Positions 27,264-35,410 of a stretch of 37,419 bases of DNA are shown here, piece after piece. The stretch is from a virus. Lineage: Duplodnaviria; Heunggongvirae; Uroviricota; Caudoviricetes. The position numbers were made by a program, and so were the translations under genes. Positions within the stretch are counted from its first letter, which is position 1. Every line of letters starts with the position of its first letter. The stretch lies in the IMG/VR virus record IMGVR_UViG_3300032030_000021, positions 93,122-130,540 of that record. One strand, written 5' to 3'. The notes under the pieces were generated by a model, which was not told where the DNA came from, did not search any database, and saw only the letters and a program-made list of their open reading frames with translations.

Positions 27264-27620
27264 ATGAGTGATTACGTAAGAATCAAGGCGGTGATGTATC
27301 CGATTGATGAAGTTCTCTCTAATAGATTGGACAATGAACTTGAAGAGCCGTTTTTCATCGAAGTGTTTGATGATGGTAAAAACATAAACCATTATCTGTG
27401 CTACGAATTATATCACACTTACGGTGAAGAGTCCGGTGATTTTGGGAGAAGCAGAGTCTTGAGCGAAACAGAACGGGGGAAATACAGTGGGTTGTTTTCC
27501 GACTACCTGAATGATATAGACACAAAACTATTCAAGTACGTAGACTATTGTTACTACAACTGTTGTGAGTGTATAGACTATTATCTTGGCAGTTTTGATG
27601 ATTTTTACAATGAAATTTAA
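27264..27620 (+). CDS. hypothetical protein
   Basis: ATG at 27264; Tyr/Cys-rich C-terminus. Confidence 0.7.
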   Translation: MSDYVRIKAVMYPIDEVLSNRLDNELEEPFFIEVFDDGKNINHYLCYELYHTYGEESGDFGRSRVLSETERGKYSGLFSDYLNDIDTKLFKYVDYCYYNCCECIDYYLGSFDDFYNEI

Positions 27621-27638
27621 CAAGTGAAAAACAAGAAT

Positions 27639-27980
27639 ATGAAAGTACAAGTCAGGCAAGGAGTTTTTGAGACTAACTCCAGTTCAACACACGTCCTGAG
27701 CGTAATTACAAAAAGCGTTTGGAATGAATTCAAAAATTCCGAAGATATCTTTATAGACTGGTGGGATACTAGAACATTCATTTCAAGAAAGAAACTTTGG
27801 AAGGAATTTGAAAAATTCTGCAAGGAAGATGATCGGGAACCCACCGAAGATGATTTCGATGAATGGCTTCAAGATAATGGGTTTTTTAATTACGACCAAT
27901 TCTCCGACGAATATGAAATTCTCACGGAAGAAGTTCCGGATTCTTCATATATTGCCATTTCTATTTACGGATACGAATAA
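27639..27980 (+). CDS. FETNSS-family protein 6 (short type)
   Basis: MKVQVRQGVFETNSSSTH; ends IAISIYGYE. Confidence 0.85.
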   Translation: MKVQVRQGVFETNSSSTHVLSVITKSVWNEFKNSEDIFIDWWDTRTFISRKKLWKEFEKFCKEDDREPTEDDFDEWLQDNGFFNYDQFSDEYEILTEEVPDSSYIAISIYGYE

Positions 27981-27981
27981 T

Positions 27982-28398
27982 ATGGATATCATCAAATCTT
28001 TTGAAAGTGCTTTTAATAAAAAGAAATCAAAAGGATGGGATAAGATATATGTCTTAGTAGATGTCCATGATACAATCTTTAAGGGGAATTATGGAATCGG
28101 TGAAGAAAAATTTGAATGGCTTCCGGGAGCCGAGAATGCTCTTCGGAAGCTTTCTTCTAGAAAAGATATATGCCTGATTCTATGGTCCGCAACTCATAAG
28201 GACAGGCTTTCAAAATATTGGTTTAAATTATTTTCTCATGATATAGTTTTTCGTTACATTAATTCAAATCCGGAAGTACAAGATACGGATTTATATTGTA
28301 GCGATAAGATATATTTTAATATTGGTATAGATGATAGATTTGGATTTGAACCGGAGAAAGATTGGGATAAGATATCCTATTTTTTAGAAAACGTTTAA
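27982..28398 (+). CDS. HAD-superfamily hydrolase-like protein
   Basis: LVDVHDTI, LILWS, INSNPE, IDDRFG motifs. Confidence 0.7.
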   Translation: MDIIKSFESAFNKKKSKGWDKIYVLVDVHDTIFKGNYGIGEEKFEWLPGAENALRKLSSRKDICLILWSATHKDRLSKYWFKLFSHDIVFRYINSNPEVQDTDLYCSDKIYFNIGIDDRFGFEPEKDWDKISYFLENV

Positions 28399-28403
28399 GA
28401 ATT

Positions 28404-29201
28404 ATGAAAATCGAAAGACATATTGATTGGGGTACCGCGTATCCGATTATTAATTGGAAGGGATATGACTGGCAGATGGATGCAGAAGGGCATCGAAAAA
28501 TCCATCCGGCAAATCCCAATGAATATTACGATAATACAGCTGTCCGGAAAGACGGCGGCGATGTAGTTCTCATAGTCAAAGAAAATCCGGCCGAGGTGGC
28601 GCACTGGGATGGCAAGACATACGAATCACAATTCGGGCGCGGAATGATCCGTAGTGTAAATACATTCTCATATGGTACATATACATTAAAATGTATGCTG
28701 CCAAAAGGCAAATACATTAAGCCCGCGTTTTGGTTAAGTAGTGCCGATAGCTGGCCTCCGGAGATAGATATATTTGAGGGTTATGCCGGATGTCTGGGAG
28801 GATATAATCAGATACCCAAGCGCAAAATAGAAACTAACTGCCATTTTCATGAATATGATGATGAAATGATAAAGGTAATCAAAGAACATGAGCAGTGTGG
28901 GGCTAAGGGCTGTTCTTGGGGATCCGTGCCTAATCCTTTTGGTATTAATGAATTCAAGCTGATATGGAATCCCGATCGGATAGTTATATATTATAACAAC
29001 AAGCGAGTCCGGTCTTTTACGGATTGGGAATGGCCGGATTTGTTCATTGATCTGGAAGAACATCCGAACATGCACGTTATCATTAATAATGGCATCCGGA
29101 CGGAATATCTGGATAATTATCGCGGGTTTATCAATAATCCGGCATTCTGCCCTAAATTCAGATTGATGGATTTTACGTACGAACCATTGAAAACCAAATA
29201 A
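28404..29201 (+). CDS. glycoside hydrolase family 16 protein
   Basis: PAFWL...WPPEIDIFEG catalytic ExDxxE motif; no signal peptide. Confidence 0.88.
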   Translation: MKIERHIDWGTAYPIINWKGYDWQMDAEGHRKIHPANPNEYYDNTAVRKDGGDVVLIVKENPAEVAHWDGKTYESQFGRGMIRSVNTFSYGTYTLKCMLPKGKYIKPAFWLSSADSWPPEIDIFEGYAGCLGGYNQIPKRKIETNCHFHEYDDEMIKVIKEHEQCGAKGCSWGSVPNPFGINEFKLIWNPDRIVIYYNNKRVRSFTDWEWPDLFIDLEEHPNMHVIINNGIRTEYLDNYRGFINNPAFCPKFRLMDFTYEPLKTK

Positions 29202-29241
29202 TCCCGGATCGTCCCTGAAAAATCCAAACCTTCCGGTTATG

Positions 29242-29270
29242 AAAAAGACCTCCGATGAGGTCTTTTTTTT
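29242..29270 (+). terminator. intrinsic terminator
   Basis: aaaaagacctc-cgat-gaggtctttttttt. Confidence 0.85.
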
Positions 29271-29272
29271 GT

Positions 29273-29302
29273 CTTAAAAAATGCGGAAAACGGATTATAT
29301 AT
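29273..29302 (+). promoter_or_regulatory. putative phage promoter
   Basis: CTTAA-N17-TTATATAT. Confidence 0.65.
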
Positions 29303-29322
29303 GATCATAGGACATATGTATT

Positions 29323-30669
29323 ATGGAAGATAATAATATTAAGATTTTAAATGCGATCGCTTCTGCCTGCCGGAGACTGAATTCCACTAATTCCTCTAAA
29401 GAAAAACAGGATCTTCTGAGTCTGATAATGAACGAACCGGATTTTGAAATTTTAACAAAGGCTTTAGTATACACATATTCTCCATATATAACTTTCGGAG
29501 TCACTAGCGACAGCATTAAAAAGTGGATGACCGGTAGTGATGATACCGGAGATCTTTTTGCCACCGAGATGCCTATTTGGGATCTCCTGGAGAGCTTGGC
29601 GGTACGGGAGCTGACTGGACACGATGCTCTCCGGACTATTGCTAACACCATATGCTGGCTTCCCGGAGATCTGAAAGAAGTATTCTATAATATTGTCGAT
29701 AAGAATCTGAAGATCCGAATGGATGCCAAATCTATCAACAAGGTCATTCCGGATCTGATTCCGGTCTTTGAGGTGAGTCTCTGTAATGTATATGATGACA
29801 AAAAGAGCAAGGTGGACTTCAAAAAAGATAACTGGTTGGCTTCTAGGAAGTTAGATGGTTGCAGATGTATTGTCCGGATAGACGAGCACGGCCATGCCCA
29901 AGCTTTTTCCAGGCAAGGCAAGGAGTTCAAGACACTGGACAATCTTCTGAAAGAATTAGAGCAATATCCGGAATTGAGAGGAATGGTTCTGGATGGAGAA
30001 TGCTGCATTGTGGACGGAAATGGAGACGAGGACTTCAAGAGCATCATGAAGGAGATCACCCGCAAAGACCATACCATCGCGCGGCCTATGTATCAGATGT
30101 TTGATATGATGACCTGCGAGGAGTTCGATAAGAGAACCACTAAAAGAAGATTCTCGGAGAGATTTGACACACTAGTGGATTTTTATTACGGGAAAAATAG
30201 AGAATTCCAATATTGCAAGACTACTCCGCAAGTGCTTGTTTCCGATCAAAATATGTTCGAGGAGCTCTACAAGGAAGCTCAAGCCAGAAGCTGGGAAGGT
30301 CTGGTGCTCCGCAAGGATGATTGTACTATCTGCAAGAGATCGGATTCTATGCTGAAGGTCAAGGGTTTCCGGGATGCCGAATATATAGTGGAAGGTCTGG
30401 ATATCGGACCATTCCGGGTAATTGCTTCCGGACTTGAAACAGAAGAAGATGTTATGACCCGGGCTTTCATCACCCACAAAGGCAACCGGGTGGCTGTGGG
30501 CAGCGGCTGGTCACTAGAACAGAGAAGATATTATAAAGAACATCCGGAGGAACTGATTGGCAAGACTATCACGGTCCAATACTTTGAAGAGACCACCGAC
30601 AAAGACGGCAATCTCTCACTAAGATTCCCCGTATGTAAATGTATCTATGAAAACGGAAGAGATCTATAA
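29323..30669 (+). CDS. lig: ATP-dependent DNA ligase
   Basis: SRKLDG (KxDG), LDGE, EGLVLR, LKVK, LRFP motifs. Confidence 0.95.
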   Translation: MEDNNIKILNAIASACRRLNSTNSSKEKQDLLSLIMNEPDFEILTKALVYTYSPYITFGVTSDSIKKWMTGSDDTGDLFATEMPIWDLLESLAVRELTGHDALRTIANTICWLPGDLKEVFYNIVDKNLKIRMDAKSINKVIPDLIPVFEVSLCNVYDDKKSKVDFKKDNWLASRKLDGCRCIVRIDEHGHAQAFSRQGKEFKTLDNLLKELEQYPELRGMVLDGECCIVDGNGDEDFKSIMKEITRKDHTIARPMYQMFDMMTCEEFDKRTTKRRFSERFDTLVDFYYGKNREFQYCKTTPQVLVSDQNMFEELYKEAQARSWEGLVLRKDDCTICKRSDSMLKVKGFRDAEYIVEGLDIGPFRVIASGLETEEDVMTRAFITHKGNRVAVGSGWSLEQRRYYKEHPEELIGKTITVQYFEETTDKDGNLSLRFPVCKCIYENGRDL

Positions 30670-30688
30670 AAATAAATTAAAAAAAAAT

Positions 30689-31114
30689 ATGAAAAACATT
30701 GAAGATTGGAAATACAAGAACACTCCACTTGAAAGTGTTGTTGATGACTATGGGTTTGTTACCGATGTGGAATTTGCTAAATATCTTATCAGTTGCTGCT
30801 ATGCCGGGGAAGCTCGCCATAGACCCGTAGTCCAGGAATGGATTGAGGAATGTAATAGAAGATTAGAACCCGGATATGAGGATGATGATTTTTCTATGAT
30901 CAACGAATCTTCCGGCAGATTGAGCTTGGGAGGACCGGACGGATTATCCGGCATTACATTTCAGTTACTAGAAAAAAGATTGAAAGATGACTGTCCGGAG
31001 GGAAATGAAGATGTATGGGATCTTGGTTTTGAATCCAATATGACATATGATAGAATATGTGTAGTTCTAATTGGCGGCAAGCCAAGGGCTTTTATCTCAC
31101 ACGAATCCGATTAG
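30689..31114 (+). CDS. hypothetical protein
   Basis: ATG at 30689 avoids overlap with the ligase gene. Confidence 0.65.
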   Translation: MKNIEDWKYKNTPLESVVDDYGFVTDVEFAKYLISCCYAGEARHRPVVQEWIEECNRRLEPGYEDDDFSMINESSGRLSLGGPDGLSGITFQLLEKRLKDDCPEGNEDVWDLGFESNMTYDRICVVLIGGKPRAFISHESD

Positions 31115-31121
31115 TATAATA

Positions 31122-31150
31122 CTTACCTATTATCAAAATCGCTTATATAC
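31122..31150 (+). promoter_or_regulatory. putative phage promoter (variant)
   Basis: CTTAC-N16-TTATATAC upstream of denV. Confidence 0.5.
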
Positions 31151-31165
31151 AATCTATATACGATC

Positions 31166-31603
31166 ATGACTAGAATAAATGTCAATATACCGGTAAAGAA
31201 GCTTACGGATGAACATCTGCTGGCCGAGCATCGAGAGATTGCTAATCTCCCATATTTCTTATCCGTATCTTTAAGGTCTAATAAACCATTGGAGATTCCG
31301 GAAAAATTCACCTTGGGTACCGGACATGTCAAGTTTTTTATGAATAAAATGAGATTTGTCCTGGATCGTTATAAGGCTCTCCATCTGGAATGTTTAGATC
31401 GGGGTTTCAATGTCCGATATAAAGGATATAAATGGGATTCGGTACCGGATGAATATATGGGAAGGTATTTTCCGAAGCCGGAAGATCGGAGGATAATCAT
31501 AGATCGAGTCCGGGAGAGACTAGAAAAGTCACCGAAATCATTCTTTCATTATCGCGGAAAGAGAATAAGCAAAGAACAAGTTATAGAATTATTAGAATCA
31601 TGA
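31166..31603 (+). CDS. denV: pyrimidine-dimer DNA glycosylase (T4 endonuclease V family)
   Basis: MTRIN...LTDEHLLAEHRE and FTLGTGHVKFF motifs. Confidence 0.92.
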   Translation: MTRINVNIPVKKLTDEHLLAEHREIANLPYFLSVSLRSNKPLEIPEKFTLGTGHVKFFMNKMRFVLDRYKALHLECLDRGFNVRYKGYKWDSVPDEYMGRYFPKPEDRRIIIDRVRERLEKSPKSFFHYRGKRISKEQVIELLES

Positions 31604-31884
31604 TAGACATCCAAACAGCATGCGATCGGCTGAATGAGGCCATATCGGAGAAAAACGAAGGATTCTTAGATGTGGTCAACTTAATCATGAATCAAATCTA
31701 TCAAGAAGGCGGTAGGTTGTACTGGGATAGAAATATTTTCATAGATCATAATGGAGACGAAGAAAAGATGAAGGATCTGGTCCGGTACTCCGATAAAGTA
31801 TTATTCAAACCCACATATGATCAAGAAGAACACCCGGGAGTGACTGTATGGTATAAACATTCTAATAAATACTATCGAGATTAA
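31600..31884 (+). CDS. hypothetical protein
   Basis: ATGA overlap with denV. Confidence 0.65.
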   Translation: MIDIQTACDRLNEAISEKNEGFLDVVNLIMNQIYQEGGRLYWDRNIFIDHNGDEEKMKDLVRYSDKVLFKPTYDQEEHPGVTVWYKHSNKYYRD

Positions 31885-31923
31885 GATTTTTCAAGATTAT
31901 ATTTTTTTCAAGATTATATTTTT

Positions 31924-31949
31924 AAGACCTCCTTCGGGAGGTCTTTTTT
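31924..31949 (+). terminator. intrinsic terminator
   Basis: aagacctcc-ttcg-ggaggtctttttt. Confidence 0.9.
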
Positions 31950-31963
31950 ATAGTTATTTCGCG

Positions 31964-32049
31964 CATAAACATAGCAAATTCAAGAGATCGTATCTTAGAT
32001 GACTAGTTATATCACTCAAGGCACGATCGCTTGTTATATCGCGGATATG
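31964..32049. repeat. inverted-repeat element, copy 2
   Basis: CATA-N14-AAGAGATCGTA-(29 nt)-CACGATCGCTT-N13-TATG. Confidence 0.8.
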
Positions 32050-32064
32050 AAGGTTTATAAATAT

Positions 32065-32093
32065 CTTAATTATATCCGGAATTGATTATATAT
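32065..32093 (+). promoter_or_regulatory. putative phage promoter
   Basis: CTTAA-N16-TTATATAT. Confidence 0.7.
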
Positions 32094-32113
32094 AGACATA
32101 AATAATTTATACA

Positions 32114-32527
32114 ATGAGAGATCTGAATAATTTTCCCATGTTCCCAAAATCTAAACGAGGCACGTTCCGGTACTGGTTCTGGCACTGGAGAGCCTTCAAC
32201 AGGGTAGCCAAAGATCTGGGCATATGGAAGTTCAAATATATCTTCCATGATCTGGAAAAGCCTTTCCTGAAGTTATTCCTGCCGTACAAGATCGTGCAAA
32301 AAATCCACCGCTCTCATAATAAACATCATCTGGAATATCCGGGCCAAAAAGACTGGGAAGCCCTGTATATAGATTGGGAATGCAGCCAATATACCAAAGA
32401 GGCATGTCCTAGAAACGCTATCGATGAAGCTGAATTGCTGTATCTCAATGACGGAATGGATAAGGAAGATTATATAGATTTTATGATTACCGCATTAAAA
32501 ATCAGATCCCAACATGAAAAACAATAA
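32114..32527 (+). CDS. His-rich HD-like hypothetical protein
   Basis: HWR...HDLEK...HRSHNKHH...IDWE pattern suggests a metal-binding HD-like fold. Confidence 0.55.
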   Translation: MRDLNNFPMFPKSKRGTFRYWFWHWRAFNRVAKDLGIWKFKYIFHDLEKPFLKLFLPYKIVQKIHRSHNKHHLEYPGQKDWEALYIDWECSQYTKEACPRNAIDEAELLYLNDGMDKEDYIDFMITALKIRSQHEKQ

Positions 32528-33029
32528 GATACTCTTTTTAGATATGGACAACACTATTGCCGATCTTTGCGGATATCCGGATTGGGTGGGTATCCTGAGA
32601 GGTCATGTAGGAGATCCATATCACGAATGCAATCCACAGGATCCAGATGAGGTATATAATATGTTTCGAAACCTCAAGTCATTGGTATCTCAAGAATATC
32701 TATTAGGGTATTGTGGGGCTATGGCCGAACAAATCATAGTTTTTACTATGACTCCCTGGGGAGCCACACCGGAAGCTATCAAAGCGTGTGTAGATGCCAA
32801 GAATGACTGGCTGGATTTACATTTTCCCCTTTTGAAAAACCGGATTATGACCGAATACGGGCATATCAAGGATGCAAATGCTATTATGAAAGCACACTGG
32901 CTGGATCTGCCGGACATAAGTGAACATCGGATCCTTCCGGATAGAGGAGATATATTAATAGATGATTCTGAGACCTTGAGAAATAACTGGCTCTGGGGTC
33001 CGGCAATTGCTCCACCTTGGATAAATTGA
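32514..33029 (+). CDS. HAD-family 5'-nucleotidase-like protein
   Basis: LFLDMDNT (motif I) and ILIDDS (motif IV). Confidence 0.75.
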   Translation: MKNNKILFLDMDNTIADLCGYPDWVGILRGHVGDPYHECNPQDPDEVYNMFRNLKSLVSQEYLLGYCGAMAEQIIVFTMTPWGATPEAIKACVDAKNDWLDLHFPLLKNRIMTEYGHIKDANAIMKAHWLDLPDISEHRILPDRGDILIDDSETLRNNWLWGPAIAPPWIN

Positions 33030-33051
33030 ATATGTGAAAAATTTTAAAAAT

Positions 33052-34116
33052 ATGAGTGATTTTCAAAAAGAAATTACAACAGATTATATGGATAGCGTAT
33101 TAGTAATATATCATAAAGAAGACAATGACGGCGCGTGTTCCGCCGGAATTATCAAAGCATTTCTGGAAAGATATTCTAAGGTCAGTCATATCCGGTTTTT
33201 AGGAGTGACTTATGCGGATCTCGCTAATATATGGGCTGCCGATGGTATTCCCGATATGGCGGAATGGCGAGAATTGTATGATACCATATTCATGGTAGAC
33301 ATCTCATTCAATGATCCTCTGGCTATGGATCAATTATATACCTGGTATGGGGATTCTTTTATCTGGTGTGATCATCATAAACCGGCTATAGAAGTTTCAA
33401 AAGAATATAATTATGGAGGAACTCCCGGAATCCGTCGCACGGATCAATCCGCTCTGATGAATGTCTGGGATTTTATGGTGAGTATGTTCGAACCATTCAC
33501 TACCGATAGAAATGGCTTCCATAAGAAAATCAAAACACCTATAGAATTGAAAATACTTTCTGATTATGATTCTTGGGCATGGTCTAGAAAAGATACTTAT
33601 AAGAATTCCGGTATGAAAGAAACTATGTTTAACATCAATACCGGTATAACGGATATCTCTAATTTAGATCCCCAATGGTTCGCCGATTGGGTGGGACTCT
33701 GGCTGGATGGAAAGTATACAAATTATTCTCATTTTGCAAATGACGCCAGGATTCAAGGGGAACGCATTCGAGCATTGGATAGCAAGCGTATCGGGAAAGC
33801 TGTAGAAGAACACGGGGATATGAATTGGATACTTGCTGGATCTAGAAAATGCTGTATGATTTTCACTACCGAACATATGAACTCACAAGCTTTTGATAAT
33901 ATTTCCGATCCGGAAATCCGAAACGGGGCTACTCTTAAATATAACTCCTCCAATGATTGTTGGACTATGTCTCTGTATAATCTCAATAATGATGATGAAT
34001 TTGATTGTGGAGTATATCTGAAAGAACATTATGGTGGTGGCGGACATAAAGGAGCGGCGGGATGCACGATTTCTAATGAACAAGTATCAAATTTAATGTT
34101 AACCAAACGTATATAA
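33052..34116 (+). CDS. DHH-family phosphoesterase
   Basis: YHKEDNDG, MVDISF, CDHH, GGGHKGAAG motifs. Confidence 0.9.
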   Translation: MSDFQKEITTDYMDSVLVIYHKEDNDGACSAGIIKAFLERYSKVSHIRFLGVTYADLANIWAADGIPDMAEWRELYDTIFMVDISFNDPLAMDQLYTWYGDSFIWCDHHKPAIEVSKEYNYGGTPGIRRTDQSALMNVWDFMVSMFEPFTTDRNGFHKKIKTPIELKILSDYDSWAWSRKDTYKNSGMKETMFNINTGITDISNLDPQWFADWVGLWLDGKYTNYSHFANDARIQGERIRALDSKRIGKAVEEHGDMNWILAGSRKCCMIFTTEHMNSQAFDNISDPEIRNGATLKYNSSNDCWTMSLYNLNNDDEFDCGVYLKEHYGGGGHKGAAGCTISNEQVSNLMLTKRI

Positions 34117-34118
34117 TT

Positions 34119-34382
34119 ATGAAAAAAATCAAATGGTTCTTGATTTTATGGATTTCGGTATTATTGTGTTCTTGTCAACATTATATAATTGACAAACCCG
34201 GGATTGTTAAGAATGTCGAAATGCTTGAACGTGATAAATGGAAATATGAGGTAACGATATCCGGACAGGATATAAGTACCCGTAGAGGTCGGTATCACTT
34301 TTATACTAATCAATTATATCAGGTAGGAGATACAGTATATATTGGGAAAATTTATAATCAAATAAAAGATACAATACAATGA
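34119..34382 (+). CDS. putative lipoprotein
   Basis: LLCSC lipobox after a hydrophobic stretch. Confidence 0.65.
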   Translation: MKKIKWFLILWISVLLCSCQHYIIDKPGIVKNVEMLERDKWKYEVTISGQDISTRRGRYHFYTNQLYQVGDTVYIGKIYNQIKDTIQ

Positions 34383-35038
34383 AAATTCAAATCAGAAAAT
34401 CCGTTTTTGAAACTAATTCTTCCACATGTCATACTCTGGTTGTCCCTAAGCATGATATGATATGGCCGGAAGAGCCTATCGAGCGATGGGACATCCATAG
34501 CTGGGATGAGGAATATACCTTCGGTAGAGGATTGTTGAACATGCTAAATACTATAGGGGATAAAATAGCATATGCATTTATGCTTATTTGTTATGATAAT
34601 ATTCATAAGACCCGGTCGAAGGAATCCGGTGGAGAGGGGCTGGAAATCAAGGATATTTTACCGGAGGTTGATAAATGGAAAAATATGATCGAGGGATGGA
34701 TTGACGAATGCGGCGGCACGCCGGATTCAATCAAGCTGGCTAAGATGTTGCTGAAATGGCTTAAAGATATGATGTTTTACGACAAGTCTGATATATCCGA
34801 ATTTGGCGGATATGCCTGGATAGAGCACCCGGAAGAAATGATGGGTTTTGTAGATGCCATCAAAAAAGATCCGGAGCTTTTAAAAAAGTTCATATTTGAT
34901 CCGGAAGCATATGCAACGGTATGCGGAGACGAATATAGGGGAGCTTATCTGAAGAAGATAGGATTTGAATATGATTATGATGATGATGGGTGGTATCGTA
35001 AAAAAGAAGAGCTTGAAACCGATTATTATGTATTCTGA
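34379..35038 (+). CDS. FETNSS-family protein 7 (long type)
   Basis: MKIQIRKSVFETNSSTCH; KIAYA, WIEH, KFIF...GDE. Confidence 0.85.
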   Translation: MKIQIRKSVFETNSSTCHTLVVPKHDMIWPEEPIERWDIHSWDEEYTFGRGLLNMLNTIGDKIAYAFMLICYDNIHKTRSKESGGEGLEIKDILPEVDKWKNMIEGWIDECGGTPDSIKLAKMLLKWLKDMMFYDKSDISEFGGYAWIEHPEEMMGFVDAIKKDPELLKKFIFDPEAYATVCGDEYRGAYLKKIGFEYDYDDDGWYRKKEELETDYYVF

Positions 35039-35048
35039 TACCTATGAC

Positions 35049-35075
35049 AAAAGGCCCTTCGGGGTCTTTTTTTTT
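35049..35075 (+). terminator. intrinsic terminator
   Basis: aaaaggccc-ttcg-gggtcttttttttt. Confidence 0.85.
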
Positions 35076-35077
35076 GC

Positions 35078-35106
35078 CTTAATATTCTTTCAAATGGATT
35101 ATATAT
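35078..35106 (+). promoter_or_regulatory. putative phage promoter
   Basis: CTTAA-N16-TTATATAT. Confidence 0.7.
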
Positions 35107-35125
35107 TAACATAATGATTTAGAAT

Positions 35126-35401
35126 ATGAAAGTCTATAAAACAAATGTCACCGGATGGAATCCTTCGGAAGAATTTCTGAAAGTTCTGAGAGAACTCGGA
35201 TTCCGATCTGGTGCTCCATCCATCCCACGGGGATCGGATACCGGGAGCTTCTGGCTGTTTGGTGAGGACGTCAATAAGATGAAAGAGATGATGACAAAGA
35301 AGCTTACCGTATGTATTGAGTCCGCTAACCGAAAATATCTTGTCACCGGCACGAAAAACGACAAAGCATTATATTGCGAGTTCATGGTAGTATCAAAATA
35401 A
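35126..35401 (+). CDS. hypothetical protein
   Basis: First ORF after the promoter motif. Confidence 0.7.
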   Translation: MKVYKTNVTGWNPSEEFLKVLRELGFRSGAPSIPRGSDTGSFWLFGEDVNKMKEMMTKKLTVCIESANRKYLVTGTKNDKALYCEFMVVSK

Positions 35402-35410
35402 TTTTCAATT

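Noticed and set aside
22360-27980. FETNSS 5' blocks as DGR template/variable repeats or a nucleotide repeat array
   Set aside because: Differences are mostly synonymous and not adenine-specific, spacing is irregular, and no reverse transcriptase is present.
31885-31923. Short tandem ttttcaagattatattt repeat before the terminator
   Set aside because: Two low-complexity copies, most simply a local slippage duplication; cannot support an operator call.
18456-32063. Extra TATAAATA octamers at 18456 and 32056 as late promoters
   Set aside because: The octamer is likely by chance in this AT-rich DNA; one sits at the end of a tiny ORF and the other abuts a different promoter motif.
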